From positions 1-64,000 of IMG/VR virus record IMGVR_UViG_3300042564_002372: a stretch of DNA of 64,000 nt. One strand, 5' to 3'. The translations under genes and the position numbers were made by a program. This DNA is from a virus. Position 1 is the first letter of the stretch. The number at the start of each line of letters is the position of its first letter. The notes below the pieces were generated by a model that was given only the letters and a program-made list of their open reading frames with translations, was not told the DNA's origin and searched no databases. Positions 25,688 through 36,600 of the stretch are shown in pieces.

Positions 25688-28600
25688 TTAGTTTATTTTT
25701 AAAGTGTCAATCTCTTTTTTAAGTTCTTTAATTGCCCCTAGAAGAACAGGAATGAGACCTGTGTAATCAAGAACCAATTTTTCAGTCATTGGCTCTATCT
25801 CAACAAGTTCAGGGAAATACTCTTGCACCTCTTGAGCAATCAATCCTATTCTGTTCTTATCATCTTCAAAGTTATTAAAAGAATAATAAATTGGACTAAT
25901 TGATTGAAGTTTTGATAGATTATCTTCCATCACAGAGTGAATGGTTTTAATTGTTCTATCTGAAAATGCAGACCAGGATTGTGAACCAGCATTTTTAACA
26001 ACACCTACACTATTACCATCAAGTACATAAACGTTATATCCAGCATTCATCTGATCTAGCACCATGTGTCCACTGGTTCTTAGATATCCTCCAAATGAAC
26101 CAGACACTGTTGTCATATACATAGCACCGCCAATTCCATTTGATAAGAAGTATCCATTGGCTATTTCTAGAGAGCCAGCTAAATATGTTCCACCACTAGG
26201 ATCAACGTAGTATCCAGTGTTAGCAGAATCATAAAATATTGGCGCACGCATAGAACCTTCTGCCTGTAAATATCCGTATTGAAATCTATGATATGCACCA
26301 TCCCAATAATATAGCCAGCTTCTACTGTTATCATGAATACCAATATTATCACCGCCAGTACTCATTAAACAGTGTCTAGAACCAATTCCCCATCCTTGCC
26401 ATCCATTCCTCCCTGAACCATAAGTTGTTACAGTACCGTATGAGTTACCCTCGCATTCTGGTGACCATATACCTCTACCATACGATTGCCAATATACACC
26501 AGTGCATCCCTGCGGTCTAAACCAATCATCTGCATAAACAGTTCTTAATTGCGTTGAACTATTAGGATCAACATAATATCCAGAATCATTTCTATCATAG
26601 TATATAGGGGCACGCATATCATCTCTGGCTCTAATTGAACCAGACAATGCAGCTAAGAATGAACCATTTTCTAATATAAGAGCACCGTGTGTATTAAGAT
26701 TACTAGCAACACCGCCAGCACTTGGGTAAGACCAAGCAATACCATATAAGTTACCAGCACTAGTTCCATCAATAGGTAGTTTATAAGCATTCCCCATTGC
26801 AAATACACCTTGATATCTAACAGATGAGTATAATCCAACTATAGATTGTCCAAAATTATAATCTAAGTAAAGATTTTCATTACCATCTATTCTGATCCCA
26901 CCGTTTGCAGCAACGTAACTTAATCGAGCTGTTCCTTCTGGGTTTACATAATAAGCTGTATTATTTCTATCATAAAAAATAGCAGATCTTATATCATCAG
27001 TGTTGATGTAACTACCATCATTAACAGTTAATGGAGCATTTAGATAGAAGTTTGGTCTATCAGTATATAGGTGAGCATGTCCAGCATTAGCAGGACCAAA
27101 CCAAATATATCCGCTATCAGTTCTAAATCTAACACCCCAAGTACCCTCACTATCAAATCTACCATTGTTAGTAGAGGTACCAAATGCAATAGCATTAAGT
27201 ACAGATGTAGATTCGGGATTTGTATAATATGCAGTGTTATTGGAATCATAAAATATTGGAGCTCTGAAATCACCTGATGTTTGATAAGTTCCTGTTCCAC
27301 CTGTCTTATTTGTTAGGCCATTAAAGTCTGCACTATCAGCATATCCAGCCCAAATTTTACTCCAAGATCCCCATGATCCACCTTCTTTAAATCTTACTGA
27401 AACATAAGGATTACCTCCAGTAGATGTTCTATTCCAGTAAAACTGAGAAGCGTATGAACCAGCTCCATTTAAAGGATACTCACTACCTAAGCCAAGTGTA
27501 AATCCATAATATTGAGTAGATCCAGTCGCTGGACCATTTGTTGACCCTTGTAAATATCTAACACCAAAATCTGACAATGCATTAAAATCAGTATTTGTAC
27601 CATGGATTTGTCCCATGTTATTAAATATCTGAGTAGAAGATATCCCATTAAGTTGATTTGAATTACTAGCTGTAGTTGCTGTAGCTGCATTACCATTATA
27701 TTGTGAACCATTACTACTAATAAAATAAGTTGTACCATTAAGATATATTATACCATTAACGTAATAGTTTAAGTACATTGCTTTTGTACTAGCTGGATCT
27801 AAGTGTAAATTACCATCAGTTGTAACTACGTTAGCATAAGATGCAGAAGCGTGCCCATTACCACCAACTTGTAAATAAGCTCCCCATGTAGTATTAGGAC
27901 CAGAAAGCATTCCACCTCTTAATCTTATAGCACTACTTGACGTGCTATTAAAGTCTGCGTAGTATCCTGTATCATTAGAATCATTGAATAATGGAGCTCT
28001 TAAATCAGTATTTGACTGTAAATAGTTTCTATTGATAGTAACAATACCAGATTCATTAATAGTGATGGCTGTTCTTGATCCAGTAGCATAACTATCTGTT
28101 GTGGCCAGATACATTCTACTACCATAAGCCCCAGATCCCTGTACATAAATACCAGCATTTGCAGTAGTGGGAGTAGCATTACCAGATGAGAATGTAATAC
28201 CTGTAGCAAAATCAGCTGTAGTCTGCCCACCAAAGTGTAATCCATAAGTAGCTGTTAGGCCTGGTGTTGTTACATTTATACTGTTCTGCCTATTTAATAC
28301 AGTTTGACCTGTATACGTAAGTGTAGAACCATCATCTGTTAGTCCACTATTACCAATTGTTGTAGCACTTGTGAACTTAGCCATTGTGTTTGTTGTACCA
28401 GATACAGCAACAGATGTACCAGACGTTCCTGACGTTCCACTAGCACCAGGAGCACCATTCACGCCACTAGTTCCAGAAGTGCCAGATGTAGCACTGGAGC
28501 CACTAGTACCACTGGTACCCCCTGTACCACTAATACCACTAGTACCACTGGTTCCAGTTGTACCAGATGTAGCGGATGTACCACTAGTTCCTGATGTTGC

Positions 28601-30523
28601 TGATGTTCCACTTGTACCTGTAGTGCCACTAGTACCACTAGATCCAGAGGTTCCACTAGTACCACCAGTACCATTGGTTGCAGACGTACCACTAGTACCA
28701 GACGAACCTGAGGTTCCTGTAGTGCCAGAAGTTCCACTTGAGCCTGACGTGCCAGTTGTGCCAGATGTACCACTCGTACCATTGGTTCCATCTATAGCAG
28801 ATGTACCACTAGAACCGCTAGAACCAGACGTACCAGTGGTACCAGAAGTTCCAGAAGAACCACTCGTACCAGTGGTACCACTTGTACCATCAGTTGCGCT
28901 AGTGCCACTTGTACCTGAAGAACCAGAACTACCATCACCTCCAGAAGCACCATCAATATTTACAGACCAGACACTATATGTTCCTGATCCTGTTAATCTG
29001 AATACAATGAAGCTTATTGATCCTGTTAGTGGATCATAAGAAGTCACCTCAGCTTCATTATGGTTGTTAGCGTCATACGCAATGATGATAGACTGAGCAA
29101 CACTATATGCTAGTCCTAGACCTACTGTGATTGTTCCTGTACCACCAGCAGCTTGTAATGTATATGTTGTTGTAGATGTTGTTTTAAATCTATCACCAGA
29201 CAAACCAGAGCTACCAGAAGTACCTGTACTACCGCTAGTTCCACTTGAGCCACTAGTAGCACTTGTTCCACTGGTTCCGCTAGAACCACTACTACCCGTT
29301 GTACCGCTGCTACCACTAGTACCTCCAGTACCATCAGTTCCGCTTGTACCAGTTGTCCCACTAGTACCGCTAGTTCCTGTGGTTCCACTAGTACCACTGC
29401 TTCCACTTGTACCAGTAGTACCAGAGCTTCCAGAGGTACCCGTAGTACCACTAGTGCCAGAAGTGCCTGTGCTACCACTTGTACCACTCGATCCACTAGT
29501 GCCAGTAGTACCGCTTGTACCTGACGTAGCACTTGTACCACTAGTACCGCTTGTACCAGATGTTCCTGTACTACCAGAAGTACCAGACGTACCCCCTGTA
29601 CCATCAGTACCACTTGTTCCAGAAGTACCACTAGTTGCACTGGTACCAGACGTACCTGTGGTACCACTCGTACCTGAGGTAGCACTTGTGCCTGATGTTC
29701 CAGAAGTACCCGTTGTACCACTTGTTCCACTAGTACCATCACTACCAGATGTACCAGAGGTTCCTGGATAATAACCAAGTATGTTTACAATGTCAGAAGC
29801 TGTTATTGGGGAAGCAGACGTAACTAGTCCTTTACCACTCACTGTAAACTTTAGAGGAGTGATGGTATTGTATGGGTTTGCGTTGACATTCTGCAAAAGC
29901 ATACTGATGTTGCTTCCTGTAAATCCTGATCCAACAACATCACCAATGAAGTTTAATGGTAGTGGTGGTATTGTAACTGGTACAGGAGTGATGTTTGTAA
30001 CTAAACCTTTTGCATTCACTGTTACAATTGGAATAGTGTTACCATTACCAAATGTTCCAGAGGCAAAGTTTACAGTGGCCAGTGTCATAGCTGCTACACC
30101 AGGACCTGAGGCTGTTGCATCTCCAGAGAGTCCAGTGATATAATTAGCAGCTGGTTGATAGGCTGTTGAATCTAATGTTCCATCTCCCTTTACAAACTGT
30201 GAAGATGACCCACCAGTGGTGATGTGTCTAGCAGCTTGTACATTTCCTGTAAATGCTAATGTAAAGTTTCCACCAATAGTGGTGTTTTGTGTAAGAGCAC
30301 CACCAAGTTGTACAGGTTGGAATGGTGTTGGTTGTATCAAGCCATTTGTAAATGCGTATCCCACCCCAGCATTTTGGAATGCTTGGTTAATCTTTACAAT
30401 GATTGCCTCAAGAGTGTCATTGTTTTGTACACCTATATAAAGAAGACTCTCACCTGTGTAAAACACACACGTGGAGTTGAGGAATAATGGGCAAGGTTCA
30501 GATCCGCAATATACTTCTGCCAT
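25688..30523 (-). CDS. tail fibre/receptor-binding protein with Gly-Thr-Ser repeats and a C-terminal S74 intramolecular chaperone
   Basis: FSDRTIKT cleavage site, GLIAQEVQEYFPELV, LDY..LIPVL.GAIKELK; (GTS)n tracts; five RAPIFYD-type repeats. Confidence 0.88.
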   Translation of the reverse strand: MAEVYCGSEPCPLFLNSTCVFYTGESLLYIGVQNNDTLEAIIVKINQAFQNAGVGYAFTNGLIQPTPFQPVQLGGALTQNTTIGGNFTLAFTGNVQAARHITTGGSSSQFVKGDGTLDSTAYQPAANYITGLSGDATASGPGVAAMTLATVNFASGTFGNGNTIPIVTVNAKGLVTNITPVPVTIPPLPLNFIGDVVGSGFTGSNISMLLQNVNANPYNTITPLKFTVSGKGLVTSASPITASDIVNILGYYPGTSGTSGSDGTSGTSGTTGTSGTSGTSATSGTSGTTGTSGTSATSGTSGTSGTDGTGGTSGTSGSTGTSGTSGTSGTSATSGTSGTTGTSGSSGTSGSTGTSGTSGTTGTSGSSGTTGTSGSSGTSGTTGTSGTSGTTGTSGTDGTGGTSGSSGTTGSSGSSGTSGTSATSGSSGTSGSTGTSGSSGLSGDRFKTTSTTTYTLQAAGGTGTITVGLGLAYSVAQSIIIAYDANNHNEAEVTSYDPLTGSISFIVFRLTGSGTYSVWSVNIDGASGGDGSSGSSGTSGTSATDGTSGTTGTSGSSGTSGTTGTSGSSGSSGTSAIDGTNGTSGTSGTTGTSGSSGTSGTTGTSGSSGTSGTSATNGTGGTSGTSGSSGTSGTTGTSGTSATSGTSGTSATSGTTGTSGTSGISGTGGTSGTSGSSATSGTSGTSGVNGAPGASGTSGTSGTSVAVSGTTNTMAKFTSATTIGNSGLTDDGSTLTYTGQTVLNRQNSINVTTPGLTATYGLHFGGQTTADFATGITFSSGNATPTTANAGIYVQGSGAYGSRMYLATTDSYATGSRTAITINESGIVTINRNYLQSNTDLRAPLFNDSNDTGYYADFNSTSSSAIRLRGGMLSGPNTTWGAYLQVGGNGHASASYANVVTTDGNLHLDPASTKAMYLNYYVNGIIYLNGTTYFISSNGSQYNGNAATATTASNSNQLNGISSTQIFNNMGQIHGTNTDFNALSDFGVRYLQGSTNGPATGSTQYYGFTLGLGSEYPLNGAGSYASQFYWNRTSTGGNPYVSVRFKEGGSWGSWSKIWAGYADSADFNGLTNKTGGTGTYQTSGDFRAPIFYDSNNTAYYTNPESTSVLNAIAFGTSTNNGRFDSEGTWGVRFRTDSGYIWFGPANAGHAHLYTDRPNFYLNAPLTVNDGSYINTDDIRSAIFYDRNNTAYYVNPEGTARLSYVAANGGIRIDGNENLYLDYNFGQSIVGLYSSVRYQGVFAMGNAYKLPIDGTSAGNLYGIAWSYPSAGGVASNLNTHGALILENGSFLAALSGSIRARDDMRAPIYYDRNDSGYYVDPNSSTQLRTVYADDWFRPQGCTGVYWQSYGRGIWSPECEGNSYGTVTTYGSGRNGWQGWGIGSRHCLMSTGGDNIGIHDNSRSWLYYWDGAYHRFQYGYLQAEGSMRAPIFYDSANTGYYVDPSGGTYLAGSLEIANGYFLSNGIGGAMYMTTVSGSFGGYLRTSGHMVLDQMNAGYNVYVLDGNSVGVVKNAGSQSWSAFSDRTIKTIHSVMEDNLSKLQSISPIYYSFNNFEDDKNRIGLIAQEVQEYFPELVEIEPMTEKLVLDYTGLIPVLLGAIKELKKEIDTLKIN
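28410..29765 (-). repeat. two blocks of degenerate 9-nt (Gly-Thr-Ser) coding repeats
   Basis: SGTSGTTGTSGSSGT..., about 28410-28945 and 29200-29765, synonymously diverged. Confidence 0.9.
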
Positions 30524-30544
30524 GTTTTTGTTGTCTTATGTTTT

Positions 30545-30598
30545 CAGAAAATACAAAACCTAGAGACTATACTGCCCCTAGGTTTAGTTTATTTTCTG
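30545..30598 (-). promoter_or_regulatory. long imperfect hairpin in the tail-fibre 5' intergenic region
   Basis: CAGAAAATA..AAACCTAG / CTAGGTTT..TATTTTCTG pairing. Confidence 0.55.
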
Positions 30599-30656
30599 TA
30601 GTTATGTAAAACTAATGATTATACGTTTATTTCTCAACAGGTTAAGTATAATTGTC

Positions 30657-33600
30657 TTACTTACCAGGAGTCTTTGATACTGTAATGTCGTACTCTTTAG
30701 CAAACTCTTCGTCAAGCATTGCAGCATAGTTAATCAAAGACTTCGTTAATGGGAACATCTTAGCCAAGTTCTTTATTGGTTGAGCATCCTTTTTCACTTC
30801 TTCAAAAGACTTGGTTGGATCAGATACATCAAATCCTGTCACTTCTTTTGTCAAATGTGTTCCAAATCTTGTAACATCTGTAACAACACCAATAGCTGGT
30901 AGTAGATTACCTTCTAGTATATTCTGGAACTCAAATGGGTTGATGAAGAATGTTAATTCACTTACAAACTTGTCAATGATTCTTTGGCTATATCTAAATG
31001 CATTCTTCTCAGCTCTAGTGTCATCATCATCTGGACCTATAAGTCCCATTGAGAATGATAGACCAATCAAAGACAATGTTAAAGCAAGTTCTCTCATCTG
31101 ATTTCGAAGATTGGTTCTAATCAAATCAATGAATTCTTCTCTAGTCATGTTGAGAGTTTCTCCAGTTCTTTGCAAATATTCTTCAGAGAACTTCTCAAAC
31201 ATTCTATCCAGCTCAACCATTCCATCCTCGTTGAGTGATAGTATGTTGTTGATGTTGTTAGAAAGCTGAACAATACTTGTCCCTGCAACATACATGAATA
31301 GTCTTAGTCTACCAATGTCATATCGTTCTCCTTCTGTTGTACCATCTTCATTAATAGTTACAGAGAAGTCATCAGACACCTTCTTCAAATGATCAAATCG
31401 TGTAAACGCTAGACCAGGAATCCAGTTCTTGAATATCATTGCTGACTTCATCCAAATATTCATCTGGGCTCTGTTCACATTCTGTGCGTTGATACCACCA
31501 GTTGCATTTGTTGATATTCTTCTAGTGAGTCTTGTCAGTCTTTGAATCTCATCACGATTATTCAAATCAAATCCAGGAATAACAAGATTGCCATCTTCCA
31601 TTTTCATTGTTGAACCAATTGATTGTTCTTTCTTCAATTGTTCAATCTCAGATTCAATCTCTTTGTCAATTTCCTTTAGTCTTGTTACAGATGCACCTTT
31701 CTTCTCATCTCTATATTTTCTTTTTACAACATCTCGAATGTTCACAAACTTTCCATCCTGAACCATGATGTTATCAAGAAGAGTCATGAAGACAGCCTTT
31801 TCTGTAAATTGTTCTGGTTGTCTCATGAAAAACATTAGAGCATCTCCAAAGTTTTGTCTAGTGAGAGTAGTCATTCCAGCCTTCTTAAAAGATTCATAGT
31901 TTGGATCTTCTCTAAGAGGCATAAACTTGTCTATAAGTTCTACGAATATATCTTGCTTTTCTTTACTTAAGTTGTTTCCAAGTATCTCATATTGCTTTTT
32001 GAGAACTTCTCCACTATTAAAATATATACCAGACTGAGCAGCTAACTGAACGTTTGTACCAAACCAGTTCACAGCACCAGATACAAACTCAAAGCCAAGT
32101 GCCTTCAGTTGGAAATATCTGTTCATTGTCTCCATTGACTTAACAAGAGAAACTGAACTTGGATTATCGTCTATTGTAAATATTTCTTTTCCCCCAAAAT
32201 GCTTAGCTGTTTTATTTACAGCCTTTTTCATATAATCAACTACACCAGTGGATATTGTAACATCTGTATCATCTAATGGATACTTCTGATCATACAATAC
32301 AGCTCTCATGAACTGGTCATAGATCTTGGCATTCTCCTCGTTTCCTTTCTCTTCTATAACTCTACCATTTTCCACAACAACATTTCCAGTTCTAGATGTC
32401 TGAAGATGATGTTCCTTAAAGGTTTCTATGTCCTTTACAAGTTTTATTTGGTCTTCCACCTCAGACAAATACTTATAGTTGTTCATGTGTCCTATGTAAA
32501 GGATCATGTTAGCAAATAAGTCTTCGCTCACTTCAGAAGTGTCCACTTCTCCACCAGGGAGTTGTGTAAAGTCTGTAGTGTAGTATTTTGGTATGCCATT
32601 CTCAACTTCACCTGTAAGAGCATCAATGTTTCCATACCCTACATCATCAGCTCTTATGGATAGTTTGTTACCAAAGTTCATCACTGTGGACAAACTAAAA
32701 TCCCAAGCCAAGCTTTCTGCCATACTTTTTCTCACCCATGGTAAGAATGTTGACACGCCTTGGTTGCTTAGATATCCTACATCTTTAGCCTTCTCGTTAA
32801 TCTTGCTTATGAAGTTATATAACTCAAGTAGCTCTGGATCTTTCTCTAACTCTTTATACTCTTCAGATAACCATTTAGCTTTTGGATGACGTAGTATTAC
32901 ATAGTTGTTCCAACCAGTAAAGTCTGCTCTTCTCAAATCCCACTTCTGTCTTTCCTGAAGAATTAGTCTATCCTTCATTTCTTCATTGTTGGCGTAGTCC
33001 CTTTCTATTTGAGCTACTCGCTTCTCAAGAAGAGCATCTGCTTCTTTCAAATAAGCTTCTACATCAATATTATCTTTTAGCCATTGCTTACTTCTATTTT
33101 CTTCAAGAGAGTTGTTTTTAACACCATCTCTAAACTCAGGACTGTATTTATAAATTAGTTTATTTACAAAATTGCCCTTATCATCCTTACGATAGATTTT
33201 CTTAACTAGCTGTCTAAGATCTCCTCCTCTACTAGCCAGTTTCTCTCTAATCTTCATTAGATCTTGCACCTCATCCTTTGCATCAGCAGATGCTCTAACC
33301 TTTGCGTTCTCAGTGAGCTTGTAAAGAATCTGTACAGATGCTAAAGGTATTTCACTAATAGATCTAAACAATGAACCTAGTCCTTTCACCACAGCTGCTG
33401 GATTAAGAAGACCAGTTACAAGATTTCTCAATCCCATATACTTATCTGCAAATTGTCCAGCAATCTCATACACTTGCTCTCTAGACTTTCTAATCTGTGT
33501 AGCATTCTTAGAAAGGTCTTCTAACATTTCTTTTCTATCAGCAAGCTCTTCTTCAGATATGCCCATTTTATCCATCTCTTTATTATAGATGAGATCACCA

Positions 33601-36600
33601 ATGGTATCACTAATCTTTCCAAATACTTTAGCAATCGCTAAGTAGTCTCTGAGATCTGAAGAGAAATCTGATAGTTGCTCGTTAGTAAATTCGTTGGATT
33701 GAGCATTAGCATCTTTATAAATCATGTTGTAATCACTGATGAGGTTTTCTCCTTCCTTCATCATTACTAACACTACATCAATTACAGGTTTGATATTCAT
33801 TGTTCCTTGAGCCATTCGTATAGCTTCTCTAACAATATTCAAACGTTCTCTTTTAAACTCACGCTCCTCATCAGATGTGGCTTTTGTTTTAGATATTCTA
33901 TCAAGAATTGCATTCAATTCTCCAATAAATTTATCAAGGCTCTTGAATCCTGTGCTTTCTGTCTTTTCAGAAACAGGGACAAGTGTTAAGTTCTCTATCT
34001 TAGTTGTATCAACAGAGCCAATATTTATTCCTGTAAGAGTTGGTTTTGAATCCTCCACCTTCTTATCAGCTGGCTTTATCTGGAAAAGAATAGGTACAGC
34101 TCTATTCATCCCCACCTTCTTAACACCATAGTTGGTTAGAAGTATGTCACGATATCTTCTTAGCTGTACACCGTATGCTTCTTGCTTATACCACTGAACA
34201 TCTCTCTGACCTTCACCAACACTCATGAACTTCCAGTCAACAATGTGACCAGTTCCATCTTCATCAACAATAAGTAAGTCAATTGTACCAGCTTCCTTTT
34301 CTCTAGCGTCATATACTCTTGCTTCAGAGAAGACAAGAATATTCTTACCCCCTTTGGAGCGAGCTTCAATCATCTCTGTGTAATAGTTCTCAATCTTAGC
34401 ATACACTTCAGCATCAACTCTATCTCTAATGTCTGGTCTAGCGTCAGGTGTTGTTTTTCTGGTGCCGTCAAGATTGAAATATCTATAGTGGATTTCTTCA
34501 AAAAATCCATGATACTTTATACCAAGATTACGCTTGAATTCATTAAATGCTTTCTCTTCTTTAGTGAAGGTAGGTTCTCCAAACTTGTCTTTGTAATATC
34601 TTTTTACACGATCAGTTACACGTTTTAAAACACGCTTGTATGTACCATCTGGTTGTTTGTATTCGTAGAAGTTACTTGCATCAGAATCACCAATGGTAAG
34701 AGGATCTATTGTAGGATCGACATCTTCTTTTCTTAATGTCTCCCTAGTTTCAATAATTCTTCTCTGTATTTCTTTTTGTGCTTTTGTAGGTTCTGCAAGT
34801 TGGAAGAATATTCCTTCTCCAGAAGATCTTGTTTTTACAAACTCTCTGAAGCCTTGAACATCATTCTCGTTTGCTAGAATATGGATTTGTTCAGGTTCTT
34901 TAACAGCGTATTGAGTGTCTCTATTTTTAATACGATCATCTTCATACTCTGTAACATCTTCCGCAATCAATGAATCGTATTCTTCTATTCTATCTGCTAC
35001 ATCTCTTGTGAATTTTCTACCACTTTCTCTTCCTAGATAATAATCATATTTTTCTATTAGTACTAGTGGGTTTTCAGAATTAATAAGAACTGGCACAACT
35101 CTATTATTAACAATAATCTTACTAGAGGGTGATGTGGCTATAGCCTTTCTAACAACATCTCTATATGCTTCTAGATCAGAGTTTAACAAATTGTATAGAT
35201 TATCTATATTCAAGTTTAGATATTCTAACAAAGGTGTTACTTTATCAAGAGCCTCTTTATTTTTTCTAGCAACCTCCTCTCTACTTCTCAAAGTGCCAAA
35301 TTGAGTTAGAGCATAAAATATATTATCTTCTAAATTTGCTTCTGGTTCAGAGGTTCTTAGATCTAAAACTGTTTTTACTAAGTCTTCTTTTTTAAGAAGA
35401 AGTTCTGATTTATCACTCCAATTCTTTGCATTAATTTTATTTTTAAAAAAGAATATTAAGTTTTCAAATGATTGATTTATAAAACGCTTATCAAATTTAT
35501 CAAACTTTTTATTAGTACCATGATAAACAACGTCCTTCACTTTGCTATTAGGAAAGACAGAGTCTAGATATTGAGAATATAGTTGTAGAGCTTGTTGTTT
35601 CTGTTGTGGGGTTATTTGTTGAATTTCATCAGAAGTTTTAATTCTAAAAGCTCTTTCTTCAGTTACAAAACTGTCAGGATATTTTTCACTAGCTTTACCA
35701 ATATCTCCTATTTTTTCAGCATATCCTTTTTTAACTAATGAATTTAATAGTTGTATTTCTTGACTACTATTTTGATAATCAGAATATAAACTACTTCTAT
35801 AATCTTTTTTAGCTAAATCAGCCATTAAAATATGAACTACTTGTCCATAACCTTTATTTTGATATTCATCGTTAATTTCAATAGATAAGCCTAATTGTTC
35901 TTTTTCTCCATTATTTACAAATTTAACCCTACCTATTTTTTTATTATTAAGTTGAATAAACATCCAACCACTATTTGTTTCTTTTGATAGTGTTATTCCT
36001 TTATTATCAAATGTAGATTTATTAAAACCTAAAGCTTCATATACTTGATTAGCTAATTCAGGATTAGAATTGAATAGTTCTTCTACACCTTCTTTGATAT
36101 ATGGAGCCTGACGTTGTGCATAGATTGTCTCATTAAGAATATCAGACACTTCTCCCTCAATCTCTCCTTCTATAATCTGTTTTGCAGTTTCTTCAAAGAT
36201 GCTGATGTTAGCAGACTTGTACATTCCTCTGAAGAAGTCAGTGATGGCATTCCACCAACGTCTGATGATTGATCTGTTTTCTTCTTCTAGAAGCTCTGGG
36301 AATTGTGCAGCATCTTGACCCTGATTGATGATCAATTCAGAAATCAATCTATCAACAGCTTCCTTCTTTATTTTTCTAATATCAGGCTTTCCATTAGGAA
36401 GCTGATAGAATTTATTGTTTTTGTATTCTTCTAATGTTTGTTTGTAAATCTTAAATCTGTCAATCTTTGATATCATCTCAGTGACAAGACTAGGATTCTT
36501 TTGTTCAATGATCGCTGTAGCAACGTGAACCATCTCTTCTGTAAGAGCTACATCTTCTTTACCTTCAGCTACAGCAATTACACCTCTTACAAGATCCGCA

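Noticed and set aside
25688-28005. Diversity-generating retroelement or invertase shufflon acting on the tail fibre
   Set aside because: No reverse transcriptase or recombinase, no adenine-specific TR/VR pair and no inverted cassettes seen in this window
28371-29778. Long Val/Pro/Leu-rich ORFs (28371-29039 +, 29127-29771 +, 28459-28791 -, 29122-29778 -)
   Set aside because: Shadow frames of the Gly-Thr-Ser repeats, which lack stops in alternative frames
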